Positions 25,868-36,464 of a stretch of DNA of 40,090 nucleotides are shown piece by piece. Numbering within the stretch: the stretch's first letter is position 1; each line of letters starts with the position of its first letter. Source of the DNA: Sorangium cellulosum. GTDB taxonomy: Bacteria > Myxococcota_A > Polyangia > Polyangiales > Polyangiaceae. The stretch lies in contig DYPH01000046.1 of the NCBI GenBank assembly GCA_020720045.1, forward strand, positions 1 to 40,090, written 5' to 3'. The position numbers and the translations under genes were made by a program. Under the pieces are notes generated by a model. That model was not told where the DNA came from. It did no database searches and saw only the letters and a program-made list of their open reading frames with translations.

Positions 25868-27298
25868 TCAGGCGTTGTGGAAGTGAATCGCACGCTGAAT
25901 GCGCGGATCCCCGACCGGGATAAGTGCGTGCTTGGTCATCCGGAAGAAGACGTAGGCGAAGTAGATGCCACCAACCGCCATCGGACAGGCGATATCAAGC
26001 CAGTGAAACTCAAACGAGTAGTGTTTGAAGTTCGGCATGACGAACCAGTACCAGTCGACAGCGTGCATCACGAGAAGCCAGGCGGCGCCAAGCTTGAGGC
26101 TCGGGAGTTTGCGCTTCACATTGCGTGAAAGGAGCAAGAAGAAGGGGACAACGAAGTGGAAGACCAGAAGGATGAGGCTAACGCCTGCCCAGGGACCGGC
26201 GCCAGCACCGGGCTCAGCGCTCGCATCCCAACGATAGTGGTAGTAGGTCGTCTCTTCCGGGAGACCGGCGTACCAGATCAAGAGGAACTGGCTGAAGCCG
26301 ATGTAGGCCCAGAAGACGTTGAAGCCGAACATCAACTTCCCGAGATCGTGGAAGTGCTCCACGTTCACGACGCTCTTGAGGTAGCCCGCGTCACGCAGGC
26401 TCATCGTGATGAGGATGATGACCGCGAGGCTGGCGACGGCAGCCGTCGAGAAGACGTATACGCCGAAAATCGTTGAAAACCAGGAGGGGTCGAGCGCCAT
26501 GACCCAGTCGAAGGCGCTGAACGTCAGGCTGAGCGCAAACGCCATCATCGCAAGCGGCGAGGCGGCCTGGGCCCGAAGGGTCAATCCGACTTCCTTCGAC
26601 TTGTCCTGGCGAACGGAGAGGTTGAAGAACATCGTGCCGAGGATGACCCAGGCGAGGATGTAGAAGACGGCACGGCCGTAGAAGAAGTTGAGGTTAAACC
26701 ACCCCTTCTTCTTGTCGAGGGTCTCGACGTGGGCGACGTGATTCGGGTCGTGCCCTTCGTGACCAGCGTGCTCGGCGGTTGCGCCATGCTCAGCTGCGAC
26801 GGCGTGCTCGGGAGCCGCACCGTGCTCTTTGGCAGCCTCTTTGGCTTCCGGCTTCGCTTCGCCGGCGGGGGCCGTGTGCTCTTCCGCGTAGGCCTGCGTC
26901 TCCACGAGGGAGGCGTGGCCGCCCGGGGTGCCAGCAACGGTCTCGTACCAGTCGAAATGCTTGATGTTGATGAGGATCGGGAGCGCGAGTACGGCCATCA
27001 CCGGGAGGCCGCTGGCGAGGAACTCGGCAACGCGACGGACGGTAACACTCCAGCCAGCCGACGTTAGGCGCTGGATGAGCACAAAGAAGAGTGCCCCCAG
27101 CGCGATCGTCAGAATGGTGAAGTAGCCGAAAATGTAGGAGTAAACGAACCGATGAGCGTTCTCCGCCGTCATCGCGCCGGCGACCGCCGTGAGGGCTCCG
27201 ACCGCGCCGATGAAGGCGGCAACTTTCCAGGCAGAACTCCAAGGGCCGCCTTCGCGGATCATGAAGTTCTTTTCGCTAATTTCGACGTTGGAAGCCAT
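25868..27298 (-). CDS. actF: Alternative complex III subunit ActF (NrfD/PsrC-like polytopic membrane protein)
   Basis: 476 aa. Multiple TM helices. The NrfD-like fold is paralogous to the ActC gene at 28653..30107. Gene order follows A-B-C-D-E-F. Confidence 0.85.
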   Translation of the reverse strand: MASNVEISEKNFMIREGGPWSSAWKVAAFIGAVGALTAVAGAMTAENAHRFVYSYIFGYFTILTIALGALFFVLIQRLTSAGWSVTVRRVAEFLASGLPVMAVLALPILINIKHFDWYETVAGTPGGHASLVETQAYAEEHTAPAGEAKPEAKEAAKEHGAAPEHAVAAEHGATAEHAGHEGHDPNHVAHVETLDKKKGWFNLNFFYGRAVFYILAWVILGTMFFNLSVRQDKSKEVGLTLRAQAASPLAMMAFALSLTFSAFDWVMALDPSWFSTIFGVYVFSTAAVASLAVIILITMSLRDAGYLKSVVNVEHFHDLGKLMFGFNVFWAYIGFSQFLLIWYAGLPEETTYYHYRWDASAEPGAGAGPWAGVSLILLVFHFVVPFFLLLSRNVKRKLPSLKLGAAWLLVMHAVDWYWFVMPNFKHYSFEFHWLDIACPMAVGGIYFAYVFFRMTKHALIPVGDPRIQRAIHFHNA

Positions 27299-27312
27299 GT
27301 CGTGGTCCCGGA

Positions 27313-28086
27313 TCAGTGGGCGGAGGCCGCCGGTTTCGGCGCCGAGGCGGCCGGGGCAGCGGAAGGGGCAGACCCGCTCGGTGCGGGGGCCGAAGTCGAT
27401 GCGGACGGCGCCGCGGAAGCCGTTGCCGGGACTGCAGCTGCGGTCGGCGCGGGGGCCGGAGCGGTCGGGTCATCGGGCTTTTCGTCGCCGAGACGCGGGT
27501 TGGCGAGCTGAAGCGCACGGACGTACGCGACAATAGCCCAACGATCGTGAACGCTTAGCATCTGCCCGTAGGGGGGCATGTTGCTCTTGCCATTCTCGAC
27601 GGTCGCGTAGAGCTGTCCGTCCGGCATGTGACGGAGGCGGTCCTGGTGGAAGGTCGGGGGAAGGAAGGCTGCTGCGCCACCGGCCTGGGCGCGTGCGGTG
27701 ACGGCCCCTTTTCCGTTGCCGGTGCCGTCGTGGCAGGGGGTGCAGAAGATGCCGTAGCGTTCTTTGCCACGCTTCAGCATCGGATCCATACCGCCAAAGC
27801 TCGCAACGGATTCTTGTGGAATCGTGAGCACGTAGCCGGAGTTGTCTTCGAGCCGCCCCTTCAGAAGGCGCGGGTCGGTCTCCATTTCGCGAGAGACAGC
27901 ACCTTCAACCGCGGGGCGCATCGTGCGCTTGTCGGCGAAGAACGTGCTCTCGGACTGGATGTCGTAGCGGGGCTGGTCGTACATGTTCCGGATGCCGACG
28001 ATCGGCGAGTCCTTCGACGTTTGACCACGGCACGCGGCGAGGGCCGACGAGGTGAGAATAAGCGCAAAAACGAGTTTGGATCTCAC
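27313..28086 (-). CDS. actE: Alternative complex III subunit ActE (mono-haem cytochrome c lipoprotein)
   Basis: Lipobox LAAC. CTPCH haem motif. Distal Met (NMPPYGQM). An Ala/Pro/Ser-rich C-terminal tail of about 50 aa is present. Its ATG overlaps the actD stop. Confidence 0.85.
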   Translation of the reverse strand: MRSKLVFALILTSSALAACRGQTSKDSPIVGIRNMYDQPRYDIQSESTFFADKRTMRPAVEGAVSREMETDPRLLKGRLEDNSGYVLTIPQESVASFGGMDPMLKRGKERYGIFCTPCHDGTGNGKGAVTARAQAGGAAAFLPPTFHQDRLRHMPDGQLYATVENGKSNMPPYGQMLSVHDRWAIVAYVRALQLANPRLGDEKPDDPTAPAPAPTAAAVPATASAAPSASTSAPAPSGSAPSAAPAASAPKPAASAH

Positions 28087-28649
28087 GGCGCGTCCTCCGA
28101 GACTTCGTCGTCTTTGTCGGCCACGAGTTCGATGTTCGTCGGATGGGTCGCCTCGAGGAGCTTCTTGGTCTTCTCGAGGTTGAACTTCGGGTCGCTGCTC
28201 TCCACGGAGATGAAGAACTTATCGTCCGTCGCCGACGCGAACCGGTCCGAGTTGAAGATCGGGTGGTGGTGACGGGGGAGCTGATTGAGACCAAACATCC
28301 CGAAGACTGCCGTCAGCGCGCTGAAAAGGATGGTGAGTTCGAAGAGAATCGGCACCATCGAAGGGATCGAAAACGCCGGCTTCCCGCCGATGATGAGCGG
28401 GTAGTCGACCCCGTTCATCCACCAAATCATCAGAAACCCGAGCGAAACCCCAGTGATACCGGCGGGGAGAACCAACCAACCGAGGCGGCTGTCAGGAAGT
28501 CCCATCGCTTGATCCATGCCGTGGACCGGGAACGGAGTGTGGGCGTCGAAAGCGGCGTACCCGGCGTCGCGGAGCTTTTCCGCGGCGTGAACACAGGCGC
28601 CGGCCGACTCGTATTCGGCAAGATAGAGCGTCAAAGTCTTATCGGACAT
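28083..28649 (-). CDS. actD: Alternative complex III subunit ActD
   Basis: 188 aa. A soluble N-domain is followed by TM helices (GWLVLPAGITGVSLGFLMIWWM, VPILFELTILFSALTAVFGMFGL). It lies between actC and actE. Confidence 0.8.
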   Translation of the reverse strand: MSDKTLTLYLAEYESAGACVHAAEKLRDAGYAAFDAHTPFPVHGMDQAMGLPDSRLGWLVLPAGITGVSLGFLMIWWMNGVDYPLIIGGKPAFSIPSMVPILFELTILFSALTAVFGMFGLNQLPRHHHPIFNSDRFASATDDKFFISVESSDPKFNLEKTKKLLEATHPTNIELVADKDDEVSEDAP

Positions 28650-28652
28650 AGG

Positions 28653-30107
28653 TCACTCCGCAGGTTGTGCGGCCGGCTCCTCATGGGCGTCTTCGTCGTG
28701 GCCATGGGCGTCGTCGTGAGACGCATGGCTGGGATCCCAGTGGGGATCTGCTTCCGGGAGAGTCGCCTTCACTTCCGCGATTGCAATCATCGGAATCCAC
28801 CGAATGAAGAGCAGGAACAGCGTGAAGAAGAGGCCGAGCGTACCGAAGTAGATGAAGATGTCGATGAGCGTCGGGCGGAAGTAGCCCCAGCTCGACGGAA
28901 GGAAGTCGTGGAAGAGGGACGTCACAATGATGACGAAACGCTCAAACCACATTCCGATGTTGACGAGGATCGACACCACGAAGCTGACGGCGATGTTGTT
29001 GCGGAGCTTCTTCGACCAATAAAGCTGCGGGCTGATGACGTTGCAGCTAACCATGATCCAGTAGGCCCACGCGAACGGCCCGCTTGCACGGTTGTGGATG
29101 AAGACGTGCCGCTCGAAATCGTTGCCCGAGTAGTAGGCGATGAAGAATTCCATCGCGTAGGCGTACCCGACGAGTGATCCGGTCAAGAGGATGATTTTAT
29201 TCATCAACTCGAGATGCTTCTGGGTCACGAGGCTCTTCATGCCGTACACCGCGCGGGTGATGAGCATGAGCGTCATGACCATCGCGAAGCCGGAGAAGAT
29301 GGCGCCAGCGACGAAGTACGGGGGGAAGATCGTCGTGTGCCAGCCCGGGATGACGGAGGTCGCGAAGTCGAAGGAAACGACCGAGTGCACCGAAAGCACG
29401 AGCGGAGTCGAGAGGCCTGCGAGGAGCAGGTAGGCACGCTCGTAGTGCTGCCAGTGCCGGTTTGAAGAGCGCCAACCGAGGGCGAGGGCTCCGTAGACAA
29501 GGCGGCGGACTTTCGTCTTCGCCCGGTCGCGGAAGGTGGCGAGGTCAGGGATGAGCCCGACGTACCAGAACAGGAGCGACACGGTGAAGTAGGTCGAAAC
29601 TGCGAAGACGTCCCAAAGGAGCGGGCTCTTGAAGTTCGGCCAGAGCGCCATCGAGTTCGGGAGCGGCGGCATATAGTAGGCGTACCAAATGCGCCCAACG
29701 TGAATGCCGGGGAAGATCAGTGCGCAGATAACCGCAAAGATCGTCATCGCTTCCGCGAATCGATTGATGGCCGTTCGCCACTTCTGACGGAAGAGGAAGA
29801 GGACGGCCGAGATCAGCGTTCCTGCGTGGCCGATGCCGATCCACCAAACGAAGTTGGTGATATCCCAGGCCCAATAAACGGGGGAATTGTTTCCCCAAAC
29901 GCCGATACCCGTCCAGATCAGGTAGCCGATGGCGGCGCCGAGGATTCCGGTAAAGTTGACGGCGATCAGGAAGCCGATCCACCAGCCACGCGGAGCCTTC
30001 GTTTCGGTGACGACCGCGACCGTTTCGGTGATCGACTTGAAGGTCGTCCCCTCGGCAACGAGCGAAACTTCGCCGAGTTCCTTAATAGGGAGGTTGTGCG
30101 AACTCAT
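28653..30107 (-). CDS. actC: Alternative complex III subunit ActC (NrfD/PsrC-like quinol-interacting membrane subunit)
   Basis: 484 aa polytopic membrane protein. NrfD family pattern. Its ATG shares 1 nt with the actB stop (TGATG). Confidence 0.9.
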   Translation of the reverse strand: MSSHNLPIKELGEVSLVAEGTTFKSITETVAVVTETKAPRGWWIGFLIAVNFTGILGAAIGYLIWTGIGVWGNNSPVYWAWDITNFVWWIGIGHAGTLISAVLFLFRQKWRTAINRFAEAMTIFAVICALIFPGIHVGRIWYAYYMPPLPNSMALWPNFKSPLLWDVFAVSTYFTVSLLFWYVGLIPDLATFRDRAKTKVRRLVYGALALGWRSSNRHWQHYERAYLLLAGLSTPLVLSVHSVVSFDFATSVIPGWHTTIFPPYFVAGAIFSGFAMVMTLMLITRAVYGMKSLVTQKHLELMNKIILLTGSLVGYAYAMEFFIAYYSGNDFERHVFIHNRASGPFAWAYWIMVSCNVISPQLYWSKKLRNNIAVSFVVSILVNIGMWFERFVIIVTSLFHDFLPSSWGYFRPTLIDIFIYFGTLGLFFTLFLLFIRWIPMIAIAEVKATLPEADPHWDPSHASHDDAHGHDEDAHEEPAAQPAE

Positions 30108-33100
30108 CAGCCCATCTCCGGATTGAGATTACGGATTTTGCCGAGGTGAGAGGTACGCGGATGCGTGCCAATCTCCGCGAGAAGGCGGTAGGCGCGGTCG
30201 TTTCCGCGGAGGCGAGCGACGCGGCTCGTCGGATCGTTGAGGTCGCCAAAAGCGATCGCTTCCGTCGGGCACGCTTGCATGCAGGCCGACTTGATGTCGC
30301 CGTCCTTGAGGGTGCGCCCTTCGCGTTTCGCGGAGATCTTCCCCTCTTGAATGCGCTGCACGCAGTAAGAACACTTCTCCATGACGCCGCGCATGCGGAC
30401 GGTCACGTTCGGGTTCTTCTGCATGCGCTCAACTTCGGGGATCTCCCCGTCGACGCCGTTGTAGTTCAAGTAATTGAACCGGCGGACCTTGTAGGGGCAG
30501 TTGTTCGCACAGTAGCGGGTGCCGATACAGCGGTTGTACGCGATATCATTGAGACCTTCCGGCGAGTGCTCCGTCGCGTTGACCGGACACACGTTTTCGC
30601 AGGGGGCCTCTTCGCACTGGACGCACGCGACCGGCTGGAAGACGAGCTTCGGATCGTTTTCGTCGATGCCGATGAAGTAGCGGTCGATGCGGAGCCAGGC
30701 CATTTCGCGGCCACGCATGACTTGCTCCTTGCCGACGGCGGGGATGTTGTTCTCCGCTTGGCAGGCGACGACGCAGGCATTGCAACCGGTGCAGGCGTTC
30801 ATGTCGATCGCCATGCCCCACTTGAAGCCGGACGGGTTCGTCGGGGAGCCCTTCGAATAATCGACCGGCTTCCAGAGCGGGAGCACCTTCGGATCCGGGG
30901 TACCGGGTCGCGAGTGCTTCTCGTCCTTTTTGTCTTCGTAAGGGAACTGGGGAAACTTCGGGTTCGCCTTGTACTCGGCGAGCGTCGCGTCGATAGCGAT
31001 CGCGCGCCCTTCCATCGAGGCGTGCTCCTGGGTCTGGACGAAGCGGTAGCGCTTGGTGTCGACGTCGAAGGGGCCGACGGGACCGGTCCGACCGACAAGC
31101 GGCCCCGCCTCGCTCGCCTTGCCGAGATCGGCAAAACGATTGGCGATTCCGGCGATTTCGCCCGGTCCGAGCTTCTGAACCTTGACGCCCGTGGCGAAGC
31201 CGAAGGCGTCGGTTGTGCGGAGCGGCTCAACGAGGAACCCGTGGCGGTCGCCGTAACGACCGATCTCTTGGTAGCCCCAGCCGAGGGTCAACGCGATCGT
31301 GTTGTCCCCCTGCCCTGGCAAGATCCAGACGGCGACATCGATCGGCTGGGCTCCGTCCTTCGTAAACCGGAGGACGTCTCCGCTCTCAACGCCGATCGCT
31401 TTCGCGGTGGTCGGCGAGACGAACGCGGCGTTATCCCAGGAGATTTTGGAAACCGGGCACGGGAGCTCGAGCATCCAGGGGTTGTTCGCGTTGCGCCCGT
31501 CGAAGAGGCGCGAGTCGGGTGCGAACGTCACTTCGAGGCTCTGGGCGCTCGGAGCGTCGGCGCGCTTCGCCTTCTGAAGTTCTGCAGCGATTTCTGCGCT
31601 CTTCGGAGCGGCGGCGATCGCCTTGGTAACGACCGTCGAGAGGACGCCCTTCTTGAGCGCCTCGGCCCACGCCTTGTCGAGGGTTCCGAGGAACCCGCCC
31701 GACTTGACGAGCGTCGCGCGGACGAGCTCGTAGCCCTTGGCCGTCTCGTTCGCGAGGGCGGCAAGGATTTCGATTTCGCTCTTCGCGCCGTGGAGCGGCG
31801 CAATGAGCGGCTGCTGAATCGCGAGGACGCCGGTCTGGCTGCGGAGGTCGCCCCAGGTCTCCAGTTCAAGCGCGAGCGGCACGTGCCAGGTCGAGGCCTT
31901 GGCGGTCTCGTTCTGGTGGGTGGTGACGGCGATGACCGTCTTCGCTTTTTTAAGCGCTTCTGCGAACTTGAGGTCGCTCGGAGCCTGGCGAACCGGGTCA
32001 CCACCGAGGATGATGAGCTGCTCAACCTTGCCTGCCTCGAGGTCCTTTGTGAGGGCCTTGAGGTCGGAAACCTGATCGTCGGCCTGATCCTTGTCGGCGA
32101 CCGGGTAGTAGCTGACCGTCGAACCGTCGTTCAGGAGCGCCTTGTTGATGGCGTGAACGAGGGCGTGAACGCGCGCCGGCTGGCGAGCGCCGGCGACGAC
32201 TACGCTCTTCCCCTTGTTCGCTGCAAGATCCTTGGCGACGGCGGCGATCCAGGTCGCCGGAACGTCGACCTTGGCATCGAGGGAGCCGAGCGGACCGAGG
32301 TCGATCGCGTGCTTGGAGGCGAGCTCCTTCGCGAGCGCGATGGCGTAGGCTTCGACCTGGGAGGACGGGAGGCGGAGGCGGTGATCCGCGGTCGAACCGG
32401 TGACCGTGAGCGACGGCTCGACGACGTAGAGCCGGTTCATCGGGTCGTTCGGCGACTCGCAGCGGCGGCGCTTTGCGAACTGCTTCGCCGCGCGGACCGC
32501 GCCCGCTTCCGTGTCGAAGACGTCGGCGTCGAGGGTGAGAACGATCGCAGCCTGGTCGTAAGCGTAGACCGGGTTGGCCGCTTCGCCGAAGGCGAGCTTC
32601 GTCCCCTGGCGGACGTTCGACTCATTCACCGAAGCGAACGTGTGGAACTGGGCGCCGGAGAGCCGCGCCTTGACGGCATCGCGGAGGCGAAGGAACGTCG
32701 GTGAGATCGACGGCGCAGCGAGGATGCGGAGCTTGGCGCCGTTGCTCGCCGGGAGGCTTGCAACGAATGCCTTGAACTCCTTCTCGAAGGCTTCCCAGGT
32801 GATCTCTTTGCCGGCCGCCGTCGGTGTCGTCGAGCGATCGGGATCGTAGAGGTTCCAGACGAGCGCCTGGGCCATCGCGTCGGTCGCGCCGAGGCTCGTC
32901 GGGTGATCTGGATTCCCCTCGACCTTCGTCGGACGCCCTTCGTGGGCTTCCACAAGGAGACCGAGTGCTTCGCCGCGCAGTTCGCGAACGGTCGCGAAAT
33001 GGTAGGAAAGACCCGGAAGTGCGTACTCCGGCGCCTTCGCGTAGGGGAGGATCTTCTCGATGGGGCGGCGAGCGCACGCAGCGAGCGTGGCCGAGGCGCC

Positions 33101-33328
33101 GGCAAAGAGGAAGAACTCGCGGCGACCGACGCGGGTCACGTCGGTCGGGTCGTTTGCGTTCGCCTTTTTCGGCGGCGTAACGACGTCGACGTCGGACAGC
33201 GATTCTTCAAATTCACGAACCGCGCGGTCCTGAACGGAAGAGGGGTCGTTCTTTTCCCCGAGAGTGCGCCAAGCGATCGGCGCGCCTTCGGAGGCGCTCG
33301 TAATTTCGTAGGGTTTGCGGCGGCTCAT
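30107..33328 (-). CDS. actB: Alternative complex III subunit ActB (fused molybdopterin-oxidoreductase-like B1 domain plus 4Fe-4S ferredoxin B2 domain), TAT-exported
   Basis: ORF 30107..33532. Start taken at MSRRKPYEI (ATG 33328), which overlaps the actA stop. Twin-arginine signal [18 protein letters not shown] is present. Four Cys clusters are present ([44 protein letters not shown]...CMQACP). Confidence 0.9.
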   Translation of the reverse strand: MSRRKPYEITSASEGAPIAWRTLGEKNDPSSVQDRAVREFEESLSDVDVVTPPKKANANDPTDVTRVGRREFFLFAGASATLAACARRPIEKILPYAKAPEYALPGLSYHFATVRELRGEALGLLVEAHEGRPTKVEGNPDHPTSLGATDAMAQALVWNLYDPDRSTTPTAAGKEITWEAFEKEFKAFVASLPASNGAKLRILAAPSISPTFLRLRDAVKARLSGAQFHTFASVNESNVRQGTKLAFGEAANPVYAYDQAAIVLTLDADVFDTEAGAVRAAKQFAKRRRCESPNDPMNRLYVVEPSLTVTGSTADHRLRLPSSQVEAYAIALAKELASKHAIDLGPLGSLDAKVDVPATWIAAVAKDLAANKGKSVVVAGARQPARVHALVHAINKALLNDGSTVSYYPVADKDQADDQVSDLKALTKDLEAGKVEQLIILGGDPVRQAPSDLKFAEALKKAKTVIAVTTHQNETAKASTWHVPLALELETWGDLRSQTGVLAIQQPLIAPLHGAKSEIEILAALANETAKGYELVRATLVKSGGFLGTLDKAWAEALKKGVLSTVVTKAIAAAPKSAEIAAELQKAKRADAPSAQSLEVTFAPDSRLFDGRNANNPWMLELPCPVSKISWDNAAFVSPTTAKAIGVESGDVLRFTKDGAQPIDVAVWILPGQGDNTIALTLGWGYQEIGRYGDRHGFLVEPLRTTDAFGFATGVKVQKLGPGEIAGIANRFADLGKASEAGPLVGRTGPVGPFDVDTKRYRFVQTQEHASMEGRAIAIDATLAEYKANPKFPQFPYEDKKDEKHSRPGTPDPKVLPLWKPVDYSKGSPTNPSGFKWGMAIDMNACTGCNACVVACQAENNIPAVGKEQVMRGREMAWLRIDRYFIGIDENDPKLVFQPVACVQCEEAPCENVCPVNATEHSPEGLNDIAYNRCIGTRYCANNCPYKVRRFNYLNYNGVDGEIPEVERMQKNPNVTVRMRGVMEKCSYCVQRIQEGKISAKREGRTLKDGDIKSACMQACPTEAIAFGDLNDPTSRVARLRGNDRAYRLLAEIGTHPRTSHLGKIRNLNPEMG

Positions 33329-33951
33329 CGGTGGCACCCAGAGCAGTGCTGCGGGGGGTGAACTTCGGGGGGCGTCCAGTTTTTCGCCATTTCGGGGCGC
33401 CACTCCATGTTGGTGACCTGATCCTTCGGCCGAAGATTCGGCTTCGGGTCGCGGTGGCACTCGAGGCACCACCCCATGCTCAGCGGCTTGTCCTGGCGCA
33501 CAACCTCCATCTGATCGATGCGGCCGTGGCAAGAAACACAGCCAACTCCGGCAGATACGTGCGCGGAGTGGTTAAAGTAGGCGTGGTCCGGCAACTTGTG
33601 GACCTTGACCCATTCCAGCGGCTCGCCAGAGGCCCACGACTCACGGACCGGCGTAAGACGCCCGCTTTCCGTTTTTACCAGCGAGTGACAGCCCATACAG
33701 GTCTGCGTCGGTGGAATCATCGCGTGCGCCGATTTCTCGACGTTGGCGTGGCAATAGCGGCAGTCCATACCCATCTGGCCTGCGTGCAGCTTGTGGCTGT
33801 ACGGGACCGGTTGAGTTGGCGCGTAGCCGACTTGGAAGTTCTTCGGCGTCACGTAGTACCAGACGCCTCCGACCACGGCCGGACCGAGGAGGCCCAGCAC
33901 AGCGGCGGCGACCAGCGGGAGCTTGTTCAGCGAGCGAGGGAAGAGCTGCAT
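33325..33951 (-). CDS. actA: Alternative complex III subunit ActA (penta-haem cytochrome c)
   Basis: Five CxxCH motifs (CRYCH, CMGCH, CVSCH, CLECH, CSGCH). N-terminal TM anchor. Start at MQLFPRSL (ATG 33951). Confidence 0.9.
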   Translation of the reverse strand: MQLFPRSLNKLPLVAAAVLGLLGPAVVGGVWYYVTPKNFQVGYAPTQPVPYSHKLHAGQMGMDCRYCHANVEKSAHAMIPPTQTCMGCHSLVKTESGRLTPVRESWASGEPLEWVKVHKLPDHAYFNHSAHVSAGVGCVSCHGRIDQMEVVRQDKPLSMGWCLECHRDPKPNLRPKDQVTNMEWRPEMAKNWTPPEVHPPQHCSGCHR

Positions 33952-34090
33952 CGTTGTGTGCGGCGGGTGATGGGGCTGTACCAAGACGCGGTGCGGCCCT
34001 TTGTCGCGGCGCCCTTATAGAGGAGGCGAACACCGAGATACAACCCTGCGACGTGCCTTTCTCGCGGATTCCGACGCGATGCAGCAGTTA

Positions 34091-34138
34091 CGCGCAACCG
34101 TTGCGCAAACGAGACATAAATACCCTTACGTAAGGGTA
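34091..34138. promoter_or_regulatory. Two perfect palindromes about 150-200 nt upstream of actA: gcgcaac-c-gttgcgc (34091-34105) and atacccttacgtaagggtat (34119-34138)
   Basis: Read directly from the sequence. A 20-bp perfect palindrome with a TTACGTAA core is rare by chance. Its location in the only sizeable intergenic gap upstream of the 13.7-kb respiratory operon suggests an operator. Confidence 0.4.
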
Positions 34139-34232
34139 TGACTTTGGCAGCTTCGGCCTGGAAAGGGGCCGGTTTCGTCCACCCCATGCGCAACGCGCCC
34201 CCCCTTTTGGAGGGGGCGCGTCCCCAAATCGG

Positions 34233-36260
34233 TCAGCCGACTTTCTCGGCGACGCACCTACGCTCGGTCCCTTGCGCGAGGGCGCCCCCCTCGCCGCGCG
34301 CTTCGGGCATCGGTTTCGTCCCGAGGGCGCGGAACAACTCCCCACGAAGCGCTTCCGCTTCCGCCGATCGGGGGGCCCGCGCCTCCGCTTCCCCGCCCAT
34401 CAGCTTATCGCCGAGGGTCATGGCGAGGAGGCTATCGAGGAGTCCGCCGGTGCCGTTCGTCCCAACGACCATCTTCGGGACGACGTCGATCTTCGTCTTT
34501 TCGACCGCCTCGGCGAATTGTTTCATCACTTCGCGAGTTACCTGGAAGCGAGGCCCGCCATAGGCACGGACCTGCTCTTCGATCGCAAGCGCCTCCGCCA
34601 GCCCAAGACACGCGGTCCGTTCGGCCTCGGCTTCGGCGAGCTTACGAATACGAAGCGCCTCCTGAATGCTCTTCTCATAGGCGGCTTTGCCGGCATTCGA
34701 CTCGATTTGAATCGACAATTCCGAGGCGGTGAGGCTCGCCTGGGTGCGTGCGCGTGCCTCGGCTTCGCGGAGTTCGCGCTCCTTCACCGATGCCTTCTCT
34801 TGACGAGCGTACGTCTCGATCTGCTCAGCAGCGATTTGACGAGAGCGAAGTTGTTCGAGGACTTGCTCGATGTGGGTATCCCCTGCACCGGAGGCCGGAG
34901 TCCCGATCAAGACCTCCTCGAGCTCCAGGTTGTAGCGACCAAATCGCACGCGCATTTCTCCCGTTGCATCGCTCTGGATGGCACTCCGATCTTGAATGAG
35001 CTCGATCAGTGTCCTCGTTTGACCGACGTTCTTAAAATAGGCGGCAATCATCGGATCGAGCATTTGTTCAACGAGCTTCTTCACGTCGCCAAAGCGCTGA
35101 ACGACGAGCGGCGCCTGCCGGTAGTCAATATGCACCACCACCGAGAGCGGAAGGTTCGGCTCGAAGGCATCCTTGGTGATCAGACTAATTTCACTGAGGT
35201 TTTCGTCGAGCTTGTGGGCACCAATCTGGGCACGATTCCACTTCAGAATGAAGTTGGTCGTCGGCACGAGGATGACCTTCCCCGCGAAGGTGTTGAACGC
35301 GTATTTCCCCGGCAAGAGCGGCTCCGCGAGGACGCCGCGATGGCCGGCGGCGACGAGTTCCCCGTGGCTGTATTCGTTCCCGGAGACGTCGAGCCCGCGC
35401 TTGCCGACGTAGCTGACGACGACCCCCACGTAGCCGACGTCGACCACTGTCTTTGCGATAGGCTCCACCGTCGCAAAGAGTCGATTGATAAAGTAGGTCC
35501 CTTCTACGAGGACTTGCAGTTGACGTCCTCGGTGACCGCCGGCGGAAAGGAAGGCCTCGGGGTCTTGAAAGTTGTTGTGAAAGGAGCTTGCCTGGTTCTC
35601 GTCGCCGACGACAGGCGCGATAATCTCCCCCTGCGGCAGCGAAGGCCCGTCGTGGACGATCACGACGCCGAGAAGGTCATCTCCCCCTTTGATGACGATG
35701 GGGTCGAATCCCTGACGATCGAAGATCGTTTGCGACATATTGCGAAAGGTTCGCTCATCGTCGGAATTGAGAGGAATGAAGAAGCTCTGCGCCTCGGTGA
35801 GAACGACAAACTGAGCCAAGTTGATGGCGTAGGTGCCTGAACGCAGCACAAGGCGTTGAGGCCCTTTCTGCCCGCCGACGCGAAGGAATTCGCGAGCGTT
35901 CTGAAAGTCTTGCGCATCTCGGTTCGACGCGAGCGTCTGCATCGGCCCGAGGGGGGCGCCGTCGCGGGCGAAGACATAGCCAATTTTCCCTTGGGGAATC
36001 GTCACCAAGGGGGCCTTGATGACACGATACTGGAGCGGAAATCGAAAGTGGATGCCGCCGCGCAGGACCTCGGGAAGAAACCCTGCTTCTCCCGCGAGGG
36101 CGAGAAATCCGCCTTCAACGGAACCGCGTGAACTCCAGCGCTTTTCGACGACGCCGATTCGGTCGTTCGGAATGACGTGAATCCCGGATATCAGCAGTGA
36201 AATTAGAACGGCGGCGACCACGACGAGCGTGACCGCCTGCGGGGAGAGCTGGGCGAGCAT
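34233..36260 (-). CDS. Flotillin-like SPFH/band-7 domain membrane protein (YqiK/FloT-like)
   Basis: ORF 34233..36386. Start taken at MLAQLSPQAVTLVVVAAVLISLLISGIHVIPNDRIGVVEKRW, which is the N-terminal TM plus the start of the SPFH domain. A long coiled-coil Ala/Glu-rich region (EAEARARTQASLTASELSIQIESNAGKAAYEK...AEAEAER) is present. Confidence 0.85.
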   Translation of the reverse strand: MLAQLSPQAVTLVVVAAVLISLLISGIHVIPNDRIGVVEKRWSSRGSVEGGFLALAGEAGFLPEVLRGGIHFRFPLQYRVIKAPLVTIPQGKIGYVFARDGAPLGPMQTLASNRDAQDFQNAREFLRVGGQKGPQRLVLRSGTYAINLAQFVVLTEAQSFFIPLNSDDERTFRNMSQTIFDRQGFDPIVIKGGDDLLGVVIVHDGPSLPQGEIIAPVVGDENQASSFHNNFQDPEAFLSAGGHRGRQLQVLVEGTYFINRLFATVEPIAKTVVDVGYVGVVVSYVGKRGLDVSGNEYSHGELVAAGHRGVLAEPLLPGKYAFNTFAGKVILVPTTNFILKWNRAQIGAHKLDENLSEISLITKDAFEPNLPLSVVVHIDYRQAPLVVQRFGDVKKLVEQMLDPMIAAYFKNVGQTRTLIELIQDRSAIQSDATGEMRVRFGRYNLELEEVLIGTPASGAGDTHIEQVLEQLRSRQIAAEQIETYARQEKASVKERELREAEARARTQASLTASELSIQIESNAGKAAYEKSIQEALRIRKLAEAEAERTACLGLAEALAIEEQVRAYGGPRFQVTREVMKQFAEAVEKTKIDVVPKMVVGTNGTGGLLDSLLAMTLGDKLMGGEAEARAPRSAEAEALRGELFRALGTKPMPEARGEGGALAQGTERRCVAEKVG

Positions 36261-36464
36261 TCCGATTTTTCCTTCTGGCTCGCGCTTCGCGCATCGTCCG
36301 ATAGACGGGGTAAAAAAAGCGCCCCAGCGTCGAGCCGCCGACCATCGTGGCAATGAAGCGGAAACGCTCAAGAGCAAATCGGACAAATCGGTCGACGGCC
36401 GCCACCTTCAAATGGCACGACTTTCGCGTTGCCAACGGCGGAGCGGCGCGCGACTGTGCCAGCG

